This document shows, in pieces, positions 46,028 to 54,869 of a stretch of 64,000 bases of DNA. The notes under the pieces are model-generated. The model was not told where the DNA came from, did no database searches, and saw nothing but the letters and a program-made list of their open reading frames with translations. Source of the DNA: Candidatus Nanohaloarchaea archaeon (GTDB lineage Archaea > Nanohalarchaeota > Nanosalinia > Nanosalinales > Nanosalinaceae); assembly GCA_041640035.1 (NCBI GenBank), contig JBEQBC010000001.1, forward strand, positions 96,001-160,000. Reading direction: 5' to 3'. Made by a program: the position numbers and the translations under genes. Every line of letters starts with the position of its first letter. The first letter of the stretch is position 1.

Positions 46028-47161
46028 TTAAATCCTTACTTTTTCAGCCTCTGAAAACAGCTTCTCCACCGTTTCCTCAAAATCAATCCGGTCCTTCAAC
46101 TCCTCAAACCGTTCAGCTTTAAGCTCGGTCGAAGGATTATCCGGAGAAATACTTCTACAGGCAGAATCAATTTTCGAATACTCAAAAGTACCGATCTCCT
46201 TAGCAGACTCCACTATACTGCTCTTATCCTCAGTCAAAAGAGGACGATGAACAGGCATATATAGCTCGCCTGAAGTATTATACAGATTCGTAGGTGTCTG
46301 TGATGATTTCTGACCTATCGCCTCTCCCGTCACCAATCCCTTCAAACCTTCTTCCTCAGCTATCCTTTCAGCTACCTTGAACATCAACGCCCTATGGATA
46401 ACCATCCGGCCTTTACCTACTTCATCCATCAACTTCTGGTTAATCTCATCCATATCAATTCTGTAGTAAAACCATTTCTTGGAGGGATGAAACTTCTTCA
46501 GTTCTTTTATAGACTGTTCAAAACGCATTAAATGGTCTTCAGCCGCTATGGGACGGTTGTAAAAGTAAATCGGCAGTACAGAGCTTCCACGCCTCATAAC
46601 CTCGAAAGCAGCTACCGGAGAATCGATACCTCCGCTTACAAGAGCTGCCAAACTACTTTCCACGCCCACAGGCAGACCGCCAACACCCTCTATCCGCTCG
46701 GTGAAAATATAGGTTTTTTCTTCCCGTATATCGACTCCTACCCATGTCTCAGGATTATCTAGATCAACAGAAGCATCTGTTTCCTCTTCAACAAATGCTC
46801 CAAGCTTTTCAGCGACTTCCTGGCTGTCGAAGCTGTGCTGGCCTGATCTATTAGTATCTATACCGAAGGTGTCTCCGATATCCAGTTGCTTTACGGTTTC
46901 TTTCATCGACTCGATATTCGAACTGGTTTCGATGCATGGTGAGGTTGATGCTACTCCTGGTGTTTCTGCTGCTATTTCTGCTGCTTCTCTACTTGTTTCT
47001 CTGATTATTAGTCTTCCTGGTGATTCGCTTACCTTGCTGAATTCTATTTCTTCATGTTCAAGTCGGTTGTTTACTCTCTGTCTGAGCGCCTGACGCATCT
47101 TTGATCTTACGCCGCCGGACTTGCTTCCTATCTCAGAGTACCTTACAACAACGGTGTTCAT
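46028..47161 (-). CDS. thiI: tRNA 4-thiouridine synthase ThiI (no rhodanese domain)
   Basis: VRYSEIG.K, THUMP VDLDNP, GGLPVG, PP-loop SGGIDSPVA, TGEAIGQKSSQT, RPL. Confidence 0.92.
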   Translation of the reverse strand: MNTVVVRYSEIGSKSGGVRSKMRQALRQRVNNRLEHEEIEFSKVSESPGRLIIRETSREAAEIAAETPGVASTSPCIETSSNIESMKETVKQLDIGDTFGIDTNRSGQHSFDSQEVAEKLGAFVEEETDASVDLDNPETWVGVDIREEKTYIFTERIEGVGGLPVGVESSLAALVSGGIDSPVAAFEVMRRGSSVLPIYFYNRPIAAEDHLMRFEQSIKELKKFHPSKKWFYYRIDMDEINQKLMDEVGKGRMVIHRALMFKVAERIAEEEGLKGLVTGEAIGQKSSQTPTNLYNTSGELYMPVHRPLLTEDKSSIVESAKEIGTFEYSKIDSACRSISPDNPSTELKAERFEELKDRIDFEETVEKLFSEAEKVRI

Positions 47162-47240
47162 CTTGTTCTAACAGTGAGAAATGAAAATTAATAAGGAATG
47201 AAGGTGATAAGTGGGAAAAACTAGGTTTATCCGTGAAGTT

Positions 47241-47603
47241 TTATTCGCTGATCTCGGCGAACGCGAACTTTCTTCCGACGGATGTAACCTCTACATCGTA
47301 GGCTTCTCCTACTTCTCCACCGGGTACGAAGATTACGAATCCTTCTTTTCTGGCGATTCCGTCTCCTTTGCTTCCAAGGTCTTCGATCTCTACTTCTACA
47401 ATTTCGCCTTCGGAGACAGGTTTGTCAAAGTCTTCTTCTTCCTCTGCTTCCTGCTCTTCAGTCTCTTCTACTTCTTCTGCTTCCTCTGTTTCTTCTTCGA
47501 CTGTCTCTTCCTCGACAGGTTCCTCAACCTGCTCTTCTTCAACATTTTCTTCCTGATTTTCAACTTCTTCAACTTGTTCTTCGCGTTCAGAATCTTCTGA
47601 CAT
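47241..47603 (-). CDS. Single TRAM-domain protein with long acidic N-terminus
   Basis: [34 protein letters not shown]; ATG 47603 after AGGTG. Confidence 0.88.
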   Translation of the reverse strand: MSEDSEREEQVEEVENQEENVEEEQVEEPVEEETVEEETEEAEEVEETEEQEAEEEEDFDKPVSEGEIVEVEIEDLGSKGDGIARKEGFVIFVPGGEVGEAYDVEVTSVGRKFAFAEISE

Positions 47604-47725
47604 GATCTGTATAACACCTGTAAAATATGCTGCTAGTAAACAGATAACTACTTTCAAAACTTTATAAAAACAGCCGTAACCCGTTTCAGTCAATCATTTA
47701 ATTACAGAGACAACAAAAACAGTTT

Positions 47726-48394
47726 ATGCCGCCTCAAGGAGATCAATGCGTATTCTGCCAGTTGATCAACAACCCGGAACAGCTGAAACTAGTAGGAGAA
47801 ACAGAAAACTTCTACGCCTGGCTCGAAGTAAACCCTCGTGCCAAAGGCCACACGATGGTAGTACCCAAAGAACACATAGAATCAGTGATGGAATTTTCCC
47901 CAGCAGAATACGACGAAGGAATGAAACTAGCCCGGGAAGTAGTAGAAAAAGCAGAAAAAGGCTTAGGAGCAGACGGCGCATCAATCACAGTCAACATCAA
48001 AGAAGCAGGCGGCCAGATGATGCCACACGCATACATACAGGTATTCCCAAGATTCGAAGAAGACGAAAACGCAGGAACACCAACAGGAGCCATATTCCAG
48101 CATAGAGAAGATCTCCAAAGCAAGCTAGGCGAACTCAGCGAATCCATGAGCGGTGTAGATGTAAGCTTCGAGAAACAGAAACAGGAAAAACATCCAGAAA
48201 GCCAGAGATTCAAAGAAGACAGTTCTTCAGATGAGGAAGAAGACGATTCCGAGGACGATGCTGTATCCGGAAAAGCGCCTGGCAGACAGCCGATCACCGG
48301 AAACATCAATCACCACAGTACCTCTGAAAGCGACGAGGATGAAGAAGACCTTACTGACGGAGAGCTGAACGGCAAAAGCATAGAGTGGAAGTAG
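47726..48394 (+). CDS. HIT-family protein with altered triad and acidic tail
   Basis: CVFC, NP..KGHT.VVPK.H, GQMMPHAYIQVFPR. Confidence 0.85.
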   Translation: MPPQGDQCVFCQLINNPEQLKLVGETENFYAWLEVNPRAKGHTMVVPKEHIESVMEFSPAEYDEGMKLAREVVEKAEKGLGADGASITVNIKEAGGQMMPHAYIQVFPRFEEDENAGTPTGAIFQHREDLQSKLGELSESMSGVDVSFEKQKQEKHPESQRFKEDSSSDEEEDDSEDDAVSGKAPGRQPITGNINHHSTSESDEDEEDLTDGELNGKSIEWK

Positions 48395-48440
48395 CAACCG
48401 GTCAATTCTTTTAACATTTCAGAACTTACTTCTACAGTAT

Positions 48441-51400
48441 ATGGCCGATTACAATCCGCAGAAGATTGAAGACAAGATCGCCCAGTACTGGGACGAAAAT
48501 AATGTTAAACAGAAGGTCCGTGAATCAACGGAAGGAAACGAACCGTTCTTCCTGATCGACGGCCCACCGTACCTGAACGGAAGCCCTCATGTAGGACATA
48601 TGCAGGGAAAGGTCATCAAGGACACAATGCTACGGTTCAAACAGATGCGTGGCTACGATGTCCACGACCAGGCAGGATTCGACACACACGGACTACCAAA
48701 CGAACTAGCAACAGAAGAAGAACTCGGAATCGAAGATAAGAACGAGATCGGAGACAGTATTTCTGCGGAAAAATTCATCAACGAATGCAAAGACAGAGCA
48801 ACATCTGCCAAAGATACATGGCAGGATGTCATGGAGGATCTTGCCGTATGGCAGGACTTCGAAGATCCTTACATGACCTACGACCAGGATTATATCGAGA
48901 CAGCCTGGTGGCTACTACAGAAAACAGATAACCAGGACCTGCTTTACCAGGGAAGAAAACCGATTCACTGGTGTCCAAGATGCCAGACCTCACTTTCCGG
49001 ATACGAGGTAACAGACGAGTACCAGGATGTAGAGGATATCGCAGTATATGTCAAGTTCCCGCTCGAGGATAGAGAAGAGAAAGTCGTTATCTGGACCACA
49101 ACACCTTGGACCATCCCAAGCAACATGGCGGTGTTCACGCATCCAGACTATGTATACGCAGTAGTTGACACCGGAGACGAAAAACTGGTCGTCGCAGAAC
49201 AGCTAGTTGACATAGTAATGGAGAAAGCAGGAGTAGAAAGCTACGAAATCGAAAGAACACTCTCCGGATCCGACCTCAAAGGACTCAAATACCAGACACC
49301 GTTCATCGACGATATACCAAAACAGCAGGAACTGGACGAGGAAGACGGAGTTCACAGAATACATAATTCAGAGGAACTCGTCACACTGGAAGAAGGAACA
49401 GGGCTGGTCCACGCAGCAACAGGACACGGACCAGAGGACTACGAGGAAACACGGCCACTCGGACTACCGGTCTTCTCACCACTCGACAGCGAAGGATACT
49501 ACACAGAAGAAGCCGGCGAGCTAGAAGGAGAAAATGTACTTGAAGTCGATCCAGAGATCGTGGAAAGACTGAAGGAAAAAGAACTTCTTCTACACAGCGA
49601 GCCTTACCAGCATGAATACCCACACTGCTGGAGATGTAAAACAGAACTGATTTACCGGGCTGCTGATCAGTGGTTTATAGAGAACGAGGAAGTCAAGCAG
49701 CGGATGCTTGATGAAAATGAGAAAGTTGACTGGATGCCGGATTCAGCACAGAAACGGTTCCACAACTTCGTATCGGAAAGCCCTGACTGGTGTATCAGCC
49801 GTCAGAACTACTGGGGAATCCCGATCCCGGTATGGGTATGTGAGGACTGTGGAGAATACGAGGTAATCGGCAGCTTCGACCAACTGGAGGAAAAGGTCGA
49901 AGAGCTACCTGAAGACTTCGATCCCCACAAGCATGTGGTAGATGATATCTCATGGAGCTGTGAATGTGGAGGAGAGAAGGAAAGAATACCTGACATATTC
50001 GATGTATGGTACGACTCAGGTATCGCACCTTTCGCCTCACTGCATTATCCTTTCGAGGAGCAGCCTTTCGAGGATATGTGGCCGATGGACTTCATTACTG
50101 AAGCATCAGATCAGATCCGTGGATGGTTCTACCACCTGATGTTCGCAGGAATCCTAGGATTCGACGAAAAACCATACGAGAAAATTCTTTTCCAGGGCTA
50201 TGTACTTGACGCAGAAGGAGAGAAGATGAGCAAAAGCCTAGGAAATGTAGTAGATCCAGCCGACCAGCTGGAGGAGTACGGAGCAGATCTACCACGTTTC
50301 TACCAATTACGACTCGCTCCTCCATGGGAACAGAAGAACTACGATGAAACAGAGATTGAGGAAGAGATCTACCGATTAATGTCTGTCTTCTGGAACACCA
50401 AAGAGTTCTACACCACATATGTAGACGAAAAACCAGAAGAACCAAACCAGCTTGAAGTTGAAGACGAATGGGTTCTCTCACGAATCAACTCGATCACGGA
50501 GATGGCTCCAGAGAAGGTAAACGAGGGAAGATTCCACGAAATCACCCGTGAACTGGAAGAGTTCATCCTCAACGACCTATCACGATGGTATGTCAAAAAA
50601 GTCCGTAGCCGAGTCAAGCAAGGCGATGAAAAAGCACAGTGGACACTAGGAACAGTACTTGAACAACTGAACAAGCTGATGGCGCCATTCACACCGTACA
50701 TAACAGAAAGAGTGTACCAGGACCTGGAAGACGGAGTATCCGTACACCAAGAACAGTATCCAGAACCAGAAGAACGGTTCATCGATGAAGACCTCGAATG
50801 GTACATGGAGCTTTCCCGCGAGATTGTGGAGAAAGCGAACAAACTGCGGGACGAAGAAGAGTACAACCTGCGCTGGCCAGCCAAAAGACTGGTTATTTCA
50901 ACAGATGAAGAAACCGAAGAAGGACTGAAACCGTTGCTTGACCTGATTGAGGACATGGTCAATGTGAAATCCATAGAGTATGGTGAAGTAGCATCCCGAC
51001 TATCCGCCAAACCTGATTACTCAAGCCTTGGTCCAAAGTTCGGAGGTTCAGCTGATGAAGTAGCAACCAAGATAGAAGGCCTGGAACACGACCAGGTAGA
51101 GCAGCTCCGGGACATCGGAGAGATAGAGATCGACGGCTACGATGTAACTCTCGACGATGTAGAAGTCCGCAGCGAGACACGAGGCGATGCACACAGTAAA
51201 AGCTTCGAGGCGGGTGAGGTATTCCTTGACTTGGAGGAAACAAGTGAACTTGTCGAGGAAGCGTTCGTCAGTGAAGTCATCCGTGCGATCCAGGAGAAGC
51301 GGAAAGAAGCAGGTCTGGAAGTACATGACAGGATAAAGCTGTCCTTCCAAGGAGAACAGGAAGTACTGGAGCAACACCTCGAAGATGTTGAAAGCCGTAT

Positions 51401-51503
51401 GAAGATCGATGAGATTGTCTTCGGTGAGGAACTGGAGTACAGTGGCAAGGTTGAGCACCGTGGACTGGAAACCCGGTTCAGTTTCTCCGAGCCTGTCAAT
51501 TAA
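48441..51503 (+). CDS. ileS: Isoleucine--tRNA ligase
   Basis: DGPPY..PHVGH, WTTTPWT, GTGLVH, DWCISRQ.YWG.P, KMSKS. Confidence 0.97.
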   Translation: MADYNPQKIEDKIAQYWDENNVKQKVRESTEGNEPFFLIDGPPYLNGSPHVGHMQGKVIKDTMLRFKQMRGYDVHDQAGFDTHGLPNELATEEELGIEDKNEIGDSISAEKFINECKDRATSAKDTWQDVMEDLAVWQDFEDPYMTYDQDYIETAWWLLQKTDNQDLLYQGRKPIHWCPRCQTSLSGYEVTDEYQDVEDIAVYVKFPLEDREEKVVIWTTTPWTIPSNMAVFTHPDYVYAVVDTGDEKLVVAEQLVDIVMEKAGVESYEIERTLSGSDLKGLKYQTPFIDDIPKQQELDEEDGVHRIHNSEELVTLEEGTGLVHAATGHGPEDYEETRPLGLPVFSPLDSEGYYTEEAGELEGENVLEVDPEIVERLKEKELLLHSEPYQHEYPHCWRCKTELIYRAADQWFIENEEVKQRMLDENEKVDWMPDSAQKRFHNFVSESPDWCISRQNYWGIPIPVWVCEDCGEYEVIGSFDQLEEKVEELPEDFDPHKHVVDDISWSCECGGEKERIPDIFDVWYDSGIAPFASLHYPFEEQPFEDMWPMDFITEASDQIRGWFYHLMFAGILGFDEKPYEKILFQGYVLDAEGEKMSKSLGNVVDPADQLEEYGADLPRFYQLRLAPPWEQKNYDETEIEEEIYRLMSVFWNTKEFYTTYVDEKPEEPNQLEVEDEWVLSRINSITEMAPEKVNEGRFHEITRELEEFILNDLSRWYVKKVRSRVKQGDEKAQWTLGTVLEQLNKLMAPFTPYITERVYQDLEDGVSVHQEQYPEPEERFIDEDLEWYMELSREIVEKANKLRDEEEYNLRWPAKRLVISTDEETEEGLKPLLDLIEDMVNVKSIEYGEVASRLSAKPDYSSLGPKFGGSADEVATKIEGLEHDQVEQLRDIGEIEIDGYDVTLDDVEVRSETRGDAHSKSFEAGEVFLDLEETSELVEEAFVSEVIRAIQEKRKEAGLEVHDRIKLSFQGEQEVLEQHLEDVESRMKIDEIVFGEELEYSGKVEHRGLETRFSFSEPVN

Positions 51504-51533
51504 AAAGACTCGACCTCTCCCTTCTTTCTTATT

Positions 51534-52631
51534 ATGGAACCTGAAAAACTCAATCCAGCAAAGGATTTCATAGACGATATAGAAAAATCAGAAGATGTAG
51601 TAATCATCCACCACTGGGATATGGACGGCATATCATCCTCAGTAATCATATCAAAAATACTAGAAAAAAACCGAGGAAGACCCGCGGACGAAGTAAAGAT
51701 CCCGGACGAACGAGCCTACCACTTGGAAGACTCGGACCGTGAAAGAGTCAGAGAAGCCGACCGGTTGATTGTTCTCGACTTCAACCTGAAAGCAGACGAA
51801 CTAGAGGAAATCAATGAAAGCGGTACAGATGTACTTGTAGTCGACCACCACAGCTTCGACCGCGTACCAGAAGTCAGCTTCGTCAACCCTCGTGAAGAAG
51901 ACGCAGAAGCATATGTACCATGCAGCAAGCTCTGCCTAGATATCTCAGAACTCTACGGACTTGAGGACGAAGTCCGATGGATCGCAGGAATGGGAATCAT
52001 CCAGGACTTCGGAGTAGATCAGTGCATGGAAGTATTCGAACAACTGGAAGAAGATTACGAACAGTACCTTCCTAAAGAACTTACACAGGAAGAACTTGCC
52101 AAGAACTGCGAGTACGGACGCTACGCTTCCGTATTGAATATCAAGCCTTACCGTGACTCGCAGCATTTCGCCAAACTGGCTTACGAGGCTCTGATGAAGT
52201 CTGACGGACTTCTTGAGATCGAGGCTCAGGAAGAGTACCGTCAGGTTTACGAGGTCTACTTGGAGATGCAGGAAGAGTTCAACGAAGTGATGGAGAACTA
52301 TGAAGAGGAAAGAGAGATTGACCGGGATAAGATGATAATCTTTTTCGAACTGGAATCCGACTTCCACATCACCTCATCTATCTCAACAAACATGTCAACT
52401 AAGACACCTGACTGGATACATCTAGTGATCCAGAAGGATGACGAGGCGAATATCAGCGCCCGGTGTCAGTCCGGCCGTGTAGATTTGGGCAAGCTTATGG
52501 AGGATGCCCTTCCTGAAGAAGCCGTCGAAAAAGGTGCTGAGGCAGGAGGTCACCGTAAAGCTGCTGGAGCATCTATGGATATCGAGTACCTTGAGGAGTT
52601 CAAGCAGAACTTCAAAGACTTGGTAGAGTAA
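51534..52631 (+). CDS. DHH/DHHA1 phosphoesterase (RecJ/NrnA-like)
   Basis: HHWDMDG, VLDF, VDHH, ISAR, GGHRKAAG. Confidence 0.9.
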   Translation: MEPEKLNPAKDFIDDIEKSEDVVIIHHWDMDGISSSVIISKILEKNRGRPADEVKIPDERAYHLEDSDRERVREADRLIVLDFNLKADELEEINESGTDVLVVDHHSFDRVPEVSFVNPREEDAEAYVPCSKLCLDISELYGLEDEVRWIAGMGIIQDFGVDQCMEVFEQLEEDYEQYLPKELTQEELAKNCEYGRYASVLNIKPYRDSQHFAKLAYEALMKSDGLLEIEAQEEYRQVYEVYLEMQEEFNEVMENYEEEREIDRDKMIIFFELESDFHITSSISTNMSTKTPDWIHLVIQKDDEANISARCQSGRVDLGKLMEDALPEEAVEKGAEAGGHRKAAGASMDIEYLEEFKQNFKDLVE

Positions 52632-52704
52632 CCCGGTAAGGCTTAAACAACGGTTTTACCGGTCTGGAACCTATTTAAATAGGGAGTTACAATTTCAAGG
52701 TACA

Positions 52705-52845
52705 ATGGACAAGAAACAGGCAGCTGAAAAACAGAAGGAGAAAGCCAAGGAAATGCTAGGTATCAGCGACGACAGAGCAGAGGAAATCTTCGAAGAACAA
52801 GCAGACCGCAAGCAGCAGAAGAAACAAGAACTAGAAGACGAGTAA
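52705..52845 (+). CDS. 46-aa charged helical microprotein
   Basis: MDKKQAAEKQKEKAKEMLGISDDRAEEIFEEQADRKQQKKQELEDE; TATTTAAATA box at leaderless spacing. Confidence 0.6.
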   Translation: MDKKQAAEKQKEKAKEMLGISDDRAEEIFEEQADRKQQKKQELEDE

Positions 52846-52921
52846 ACGATGCTCTGAAACAGAAATTCTTTCTGTTCAGTTCTTAGTATCTCCTATTCTA
52901 TCAGCAAATTTAATCTATTTT

Positions 52922-53272
52922 TCACAACTTATTCTTCTCTCTTATACGATTCTTGTAATACCACATAGGTAGGTCAATAAGAGAATGAAGAATTGGATGG
53001 TGCTCCGGATTGAACCGTTCCAGATGCGCGACTATCACATCTGACTTCATCTCATCCCGATCAACACCTCTGAAATCCGTGATATGCACACTCTTCCGTT
53101 TCTCATCATCTCGGTAACTCTCTGCATCAGGATAGATATCTGTCACCGTAGTTCTATCCGTCAAATGGAGACTATGCTTTTCTTCTTCGAAAAGTTCTTC
53201 CGGTATCTCAGTATCATAACTGAAGCCAGACTGATCCAAAAGGTACTCTACCAGTCCATTCGGTTCAGCCAC
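52922..53272 (-). CDS. Hypothetical protein
   Basis: GTG start with GGTGA SD right after cysS; H.E.FNP..HP..H motif. Confidence 0.6.
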   Translation of the reverse strand: MAEPNGLVEYLLDQSGFSYDTEIPEELFEEEKHSLHLTDRTTVTDIYPDAESYRDDEKRKSVHITDFRGVDRDEMKSDVIVAHLERFNPEHHPILHSLIDLPMWYYKNRIREKNKL

Positions 53273-53279
53273 TTCTTTT

Positions 53280-54695
53280 TCACCCTTTGAACCATTCAGA
53301 GCCGTCTTCAGAGTCCTCTATCTCGAAACCAAGTTCCTGCAACCGGTCACGGATCAGGTCACTTGTCTCGTAATCCTCCTCTTCACGAGCCTCATCCCTC
53401 AGCTCGATTAGTTTATCAGCAAGAGAGGACTCCTCCTCTGATATCTCGGGATTTACATCTACTCCGAGGATGCCGAAAAGCTCTTCCAGGGTCTCAGCGA
53501 CTTCCTCGCCAGGTTTTTCTCCTTTCTCGATGCTGGAGTTAACCTGTTTAACGAACTTCATCAACGCCTGTTTCGCTCTCGCTGTGTTCAGGTCGTCATC
53601 CATCTCTTCCTCAAAACTTTCTCTCACCGTTTCTGTATCTATATCGGCGTCGCCAGGATTTCTCCTGATTTTCTGTACCGTGGTTCTGACCTTTTCCAGC
53701 TCCTTCTCAGCTTTTTCAAGTCCTTCGATACTGAAATCGCTTTCAGTACGGTAATGAGTGCTGATTAGGTACAGCCGGATTACATCTCCGGAGAAACCTT
53801 TTTCCAGAAGTTCTCTAACTGTGTAGAAGTTGCCTTCACTTTTACTCATCTTTTCTCCTTCGACCTGGATGAACTCGTTGTGAAGCCAGTATTTTGCCTG
53901 TCCTTCTCCGCTTGCCGCGAATGCCTGTGCGCGTTCATTCGGGTGGTGTGGGAAGATATGGTCTTTTCCTCCGGCGTGGATATCGAACAGGTCTCCAAGG
54001 TACTTCTGGCTCATGACAGAACATTCGATATGCCAGCCCGGGTAGCCGACTCCCCACGGGCTCTCCCATTTCATCAGGTGGTCTTCGTCTGCGTTGATCC
54101 ATAATGCGAAGTCGTACTGATTTCTCTTATCGCTGTCGTGTTCTACACGGGCTTCGGCTTCTTCCTTCAACTGTTCTAGGTCCTTGTTCGCCATCTCACC
54201 GTACGGATAGTCTTCCGCGAATTTCTCCACATCGAAGTAGACATTGCCGTCGACCTCGTAGCCGTAACCGTTCTCTATTATCTTTTCAACATAATGAATC
54301 ATTTCGTTGATGTGGCCGGTGGCGCGAGGCATGATATCCTGCCGTGGGACATTGATCGCCTGTGTGTCTTCGAAGTATCTTTCTATCTGGTCTTCTACCA
54401 GTTCCATAGGCTCTAATCCCATCTCTTTAGCTCGTTTCTCGACCTTGTCCTCTCCCTGATCTCCATCATCTGTCAGGTGTCCTACATCGGTGATGTTCTG
54501 GATATGCCGGACCTTGTAGCCTTTCCACCGTAGGTACCGTGTCAGTGTGTCCCATGCTGTGTAGGCTTTGGCGTTTCCGATATGCAGGTCGTCGTAGATT
54601 GTCTGCCCGCAGCTGTAGAACCGTACTTTTCCTTCTTCTATAGGTTTGAATTCTTCTTTCTCCCGTGTCAGCGTATTGAATAGCTTTAAAGTCAT
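53280..54695 (-). CDS. cysS: Cysteine--tRNA ligase
   Basis: YSCGQT.Y..HIGN, NITDV, DFALW, GYPGWHIECS, HAGGKDH.FPHH.NE, KMSKS. Confidence 0.97.
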   Translation of the reverse strand: MTLKLFNTLTREKEEFKPIEEGKVRFYSCGQTIYDDLHIGNAKAYTAWDTLTRYLRWKGYKVRHIQNITDVGHLTDDGDQGEDKVEKRAKEMGLEPMELVEDQIERYFEDTQAINVPRQDIMPRATGHINEMIHYVEKIIENGYGYEVDGNVYFDVEKFAEDYPYGEMANKDLEQLKEEAEARVEHDSDKRNQYDFALWINADEDHLMKWESPWGVGYPGWHIECSVMSQKYLGDLFDIHAGGKDHIFPHHPNERAQAFAASGEGQAKYWLHNEFIQVEGEKMSKSEGNFYTVRELLEKGFSGDVIRLYLISTHYRTESDFSIEGLEKAEKELEKVRTTVQKIRRNPGDADIDTETVRESFEEEMDDDLNTARAKQALMKFVKQVNSSIEKGEKPGEEVAETLEELFGILGVDVNPEISEEESSLADKLIELRDEAREEEDYETSDLIRDRLQELGFEIEDSEDGSEWFKG

Positions 54696-54701
54696 TTTAG
54701 T

Positions 54702-54782
54702 TCAGCTCCGAGCAGTGATATATCTAGGTTTAGAAGTCGCAGGTTTTCAAATGTGCCGTGGACAAAAACGATCACTGCTCAT
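54702..54782 (-). promoter_or_regulatory. cysS leader hairpin (10-bp GAGCAGTGAT/ATCACTGCTC) abutting GGAGCTGA SD
   Basis: Perfect inverted repeat 54771-54780 / 54710-54719; SD-like 54709-54702. Confidence 0.6.
54747..54782 (-). CDS. Putative leaderless leader peptide MSSDRFCPRHI upstream of cysS
   Basis: ATG 26 nt after a TTTTAAC box (same spacing as ileS); Cys codon 7; TGA at 54749-54747. Confidence 0.55.
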   Translation of the reverse strand: MSSDRFCPRHI

Positions 54783-54869
54783 ATACTTTGACTTTCTTCT
54801 CTTGAATGTTAAAAATCCTTTTCACCTGCGCAACGGTTTTTTATCCAGCTTAGAGTAAAAACTCTGCAA

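Noticed and set aside
47604-47693. N-terminal extension of the TRAM ORF
   Set aside because: Runs through the divergent promoter region; an SD precedes ATG 47603
50408-51499. Long Ser-rich antisense ORFs (also at 20363, 34826, 47812 and elsewhere)
   Set aside because: Shadows of Glu/Asp-rich sense genes; GAA/GAG/GAC codons give open Ser/Phe/Leu-rich reverse frames
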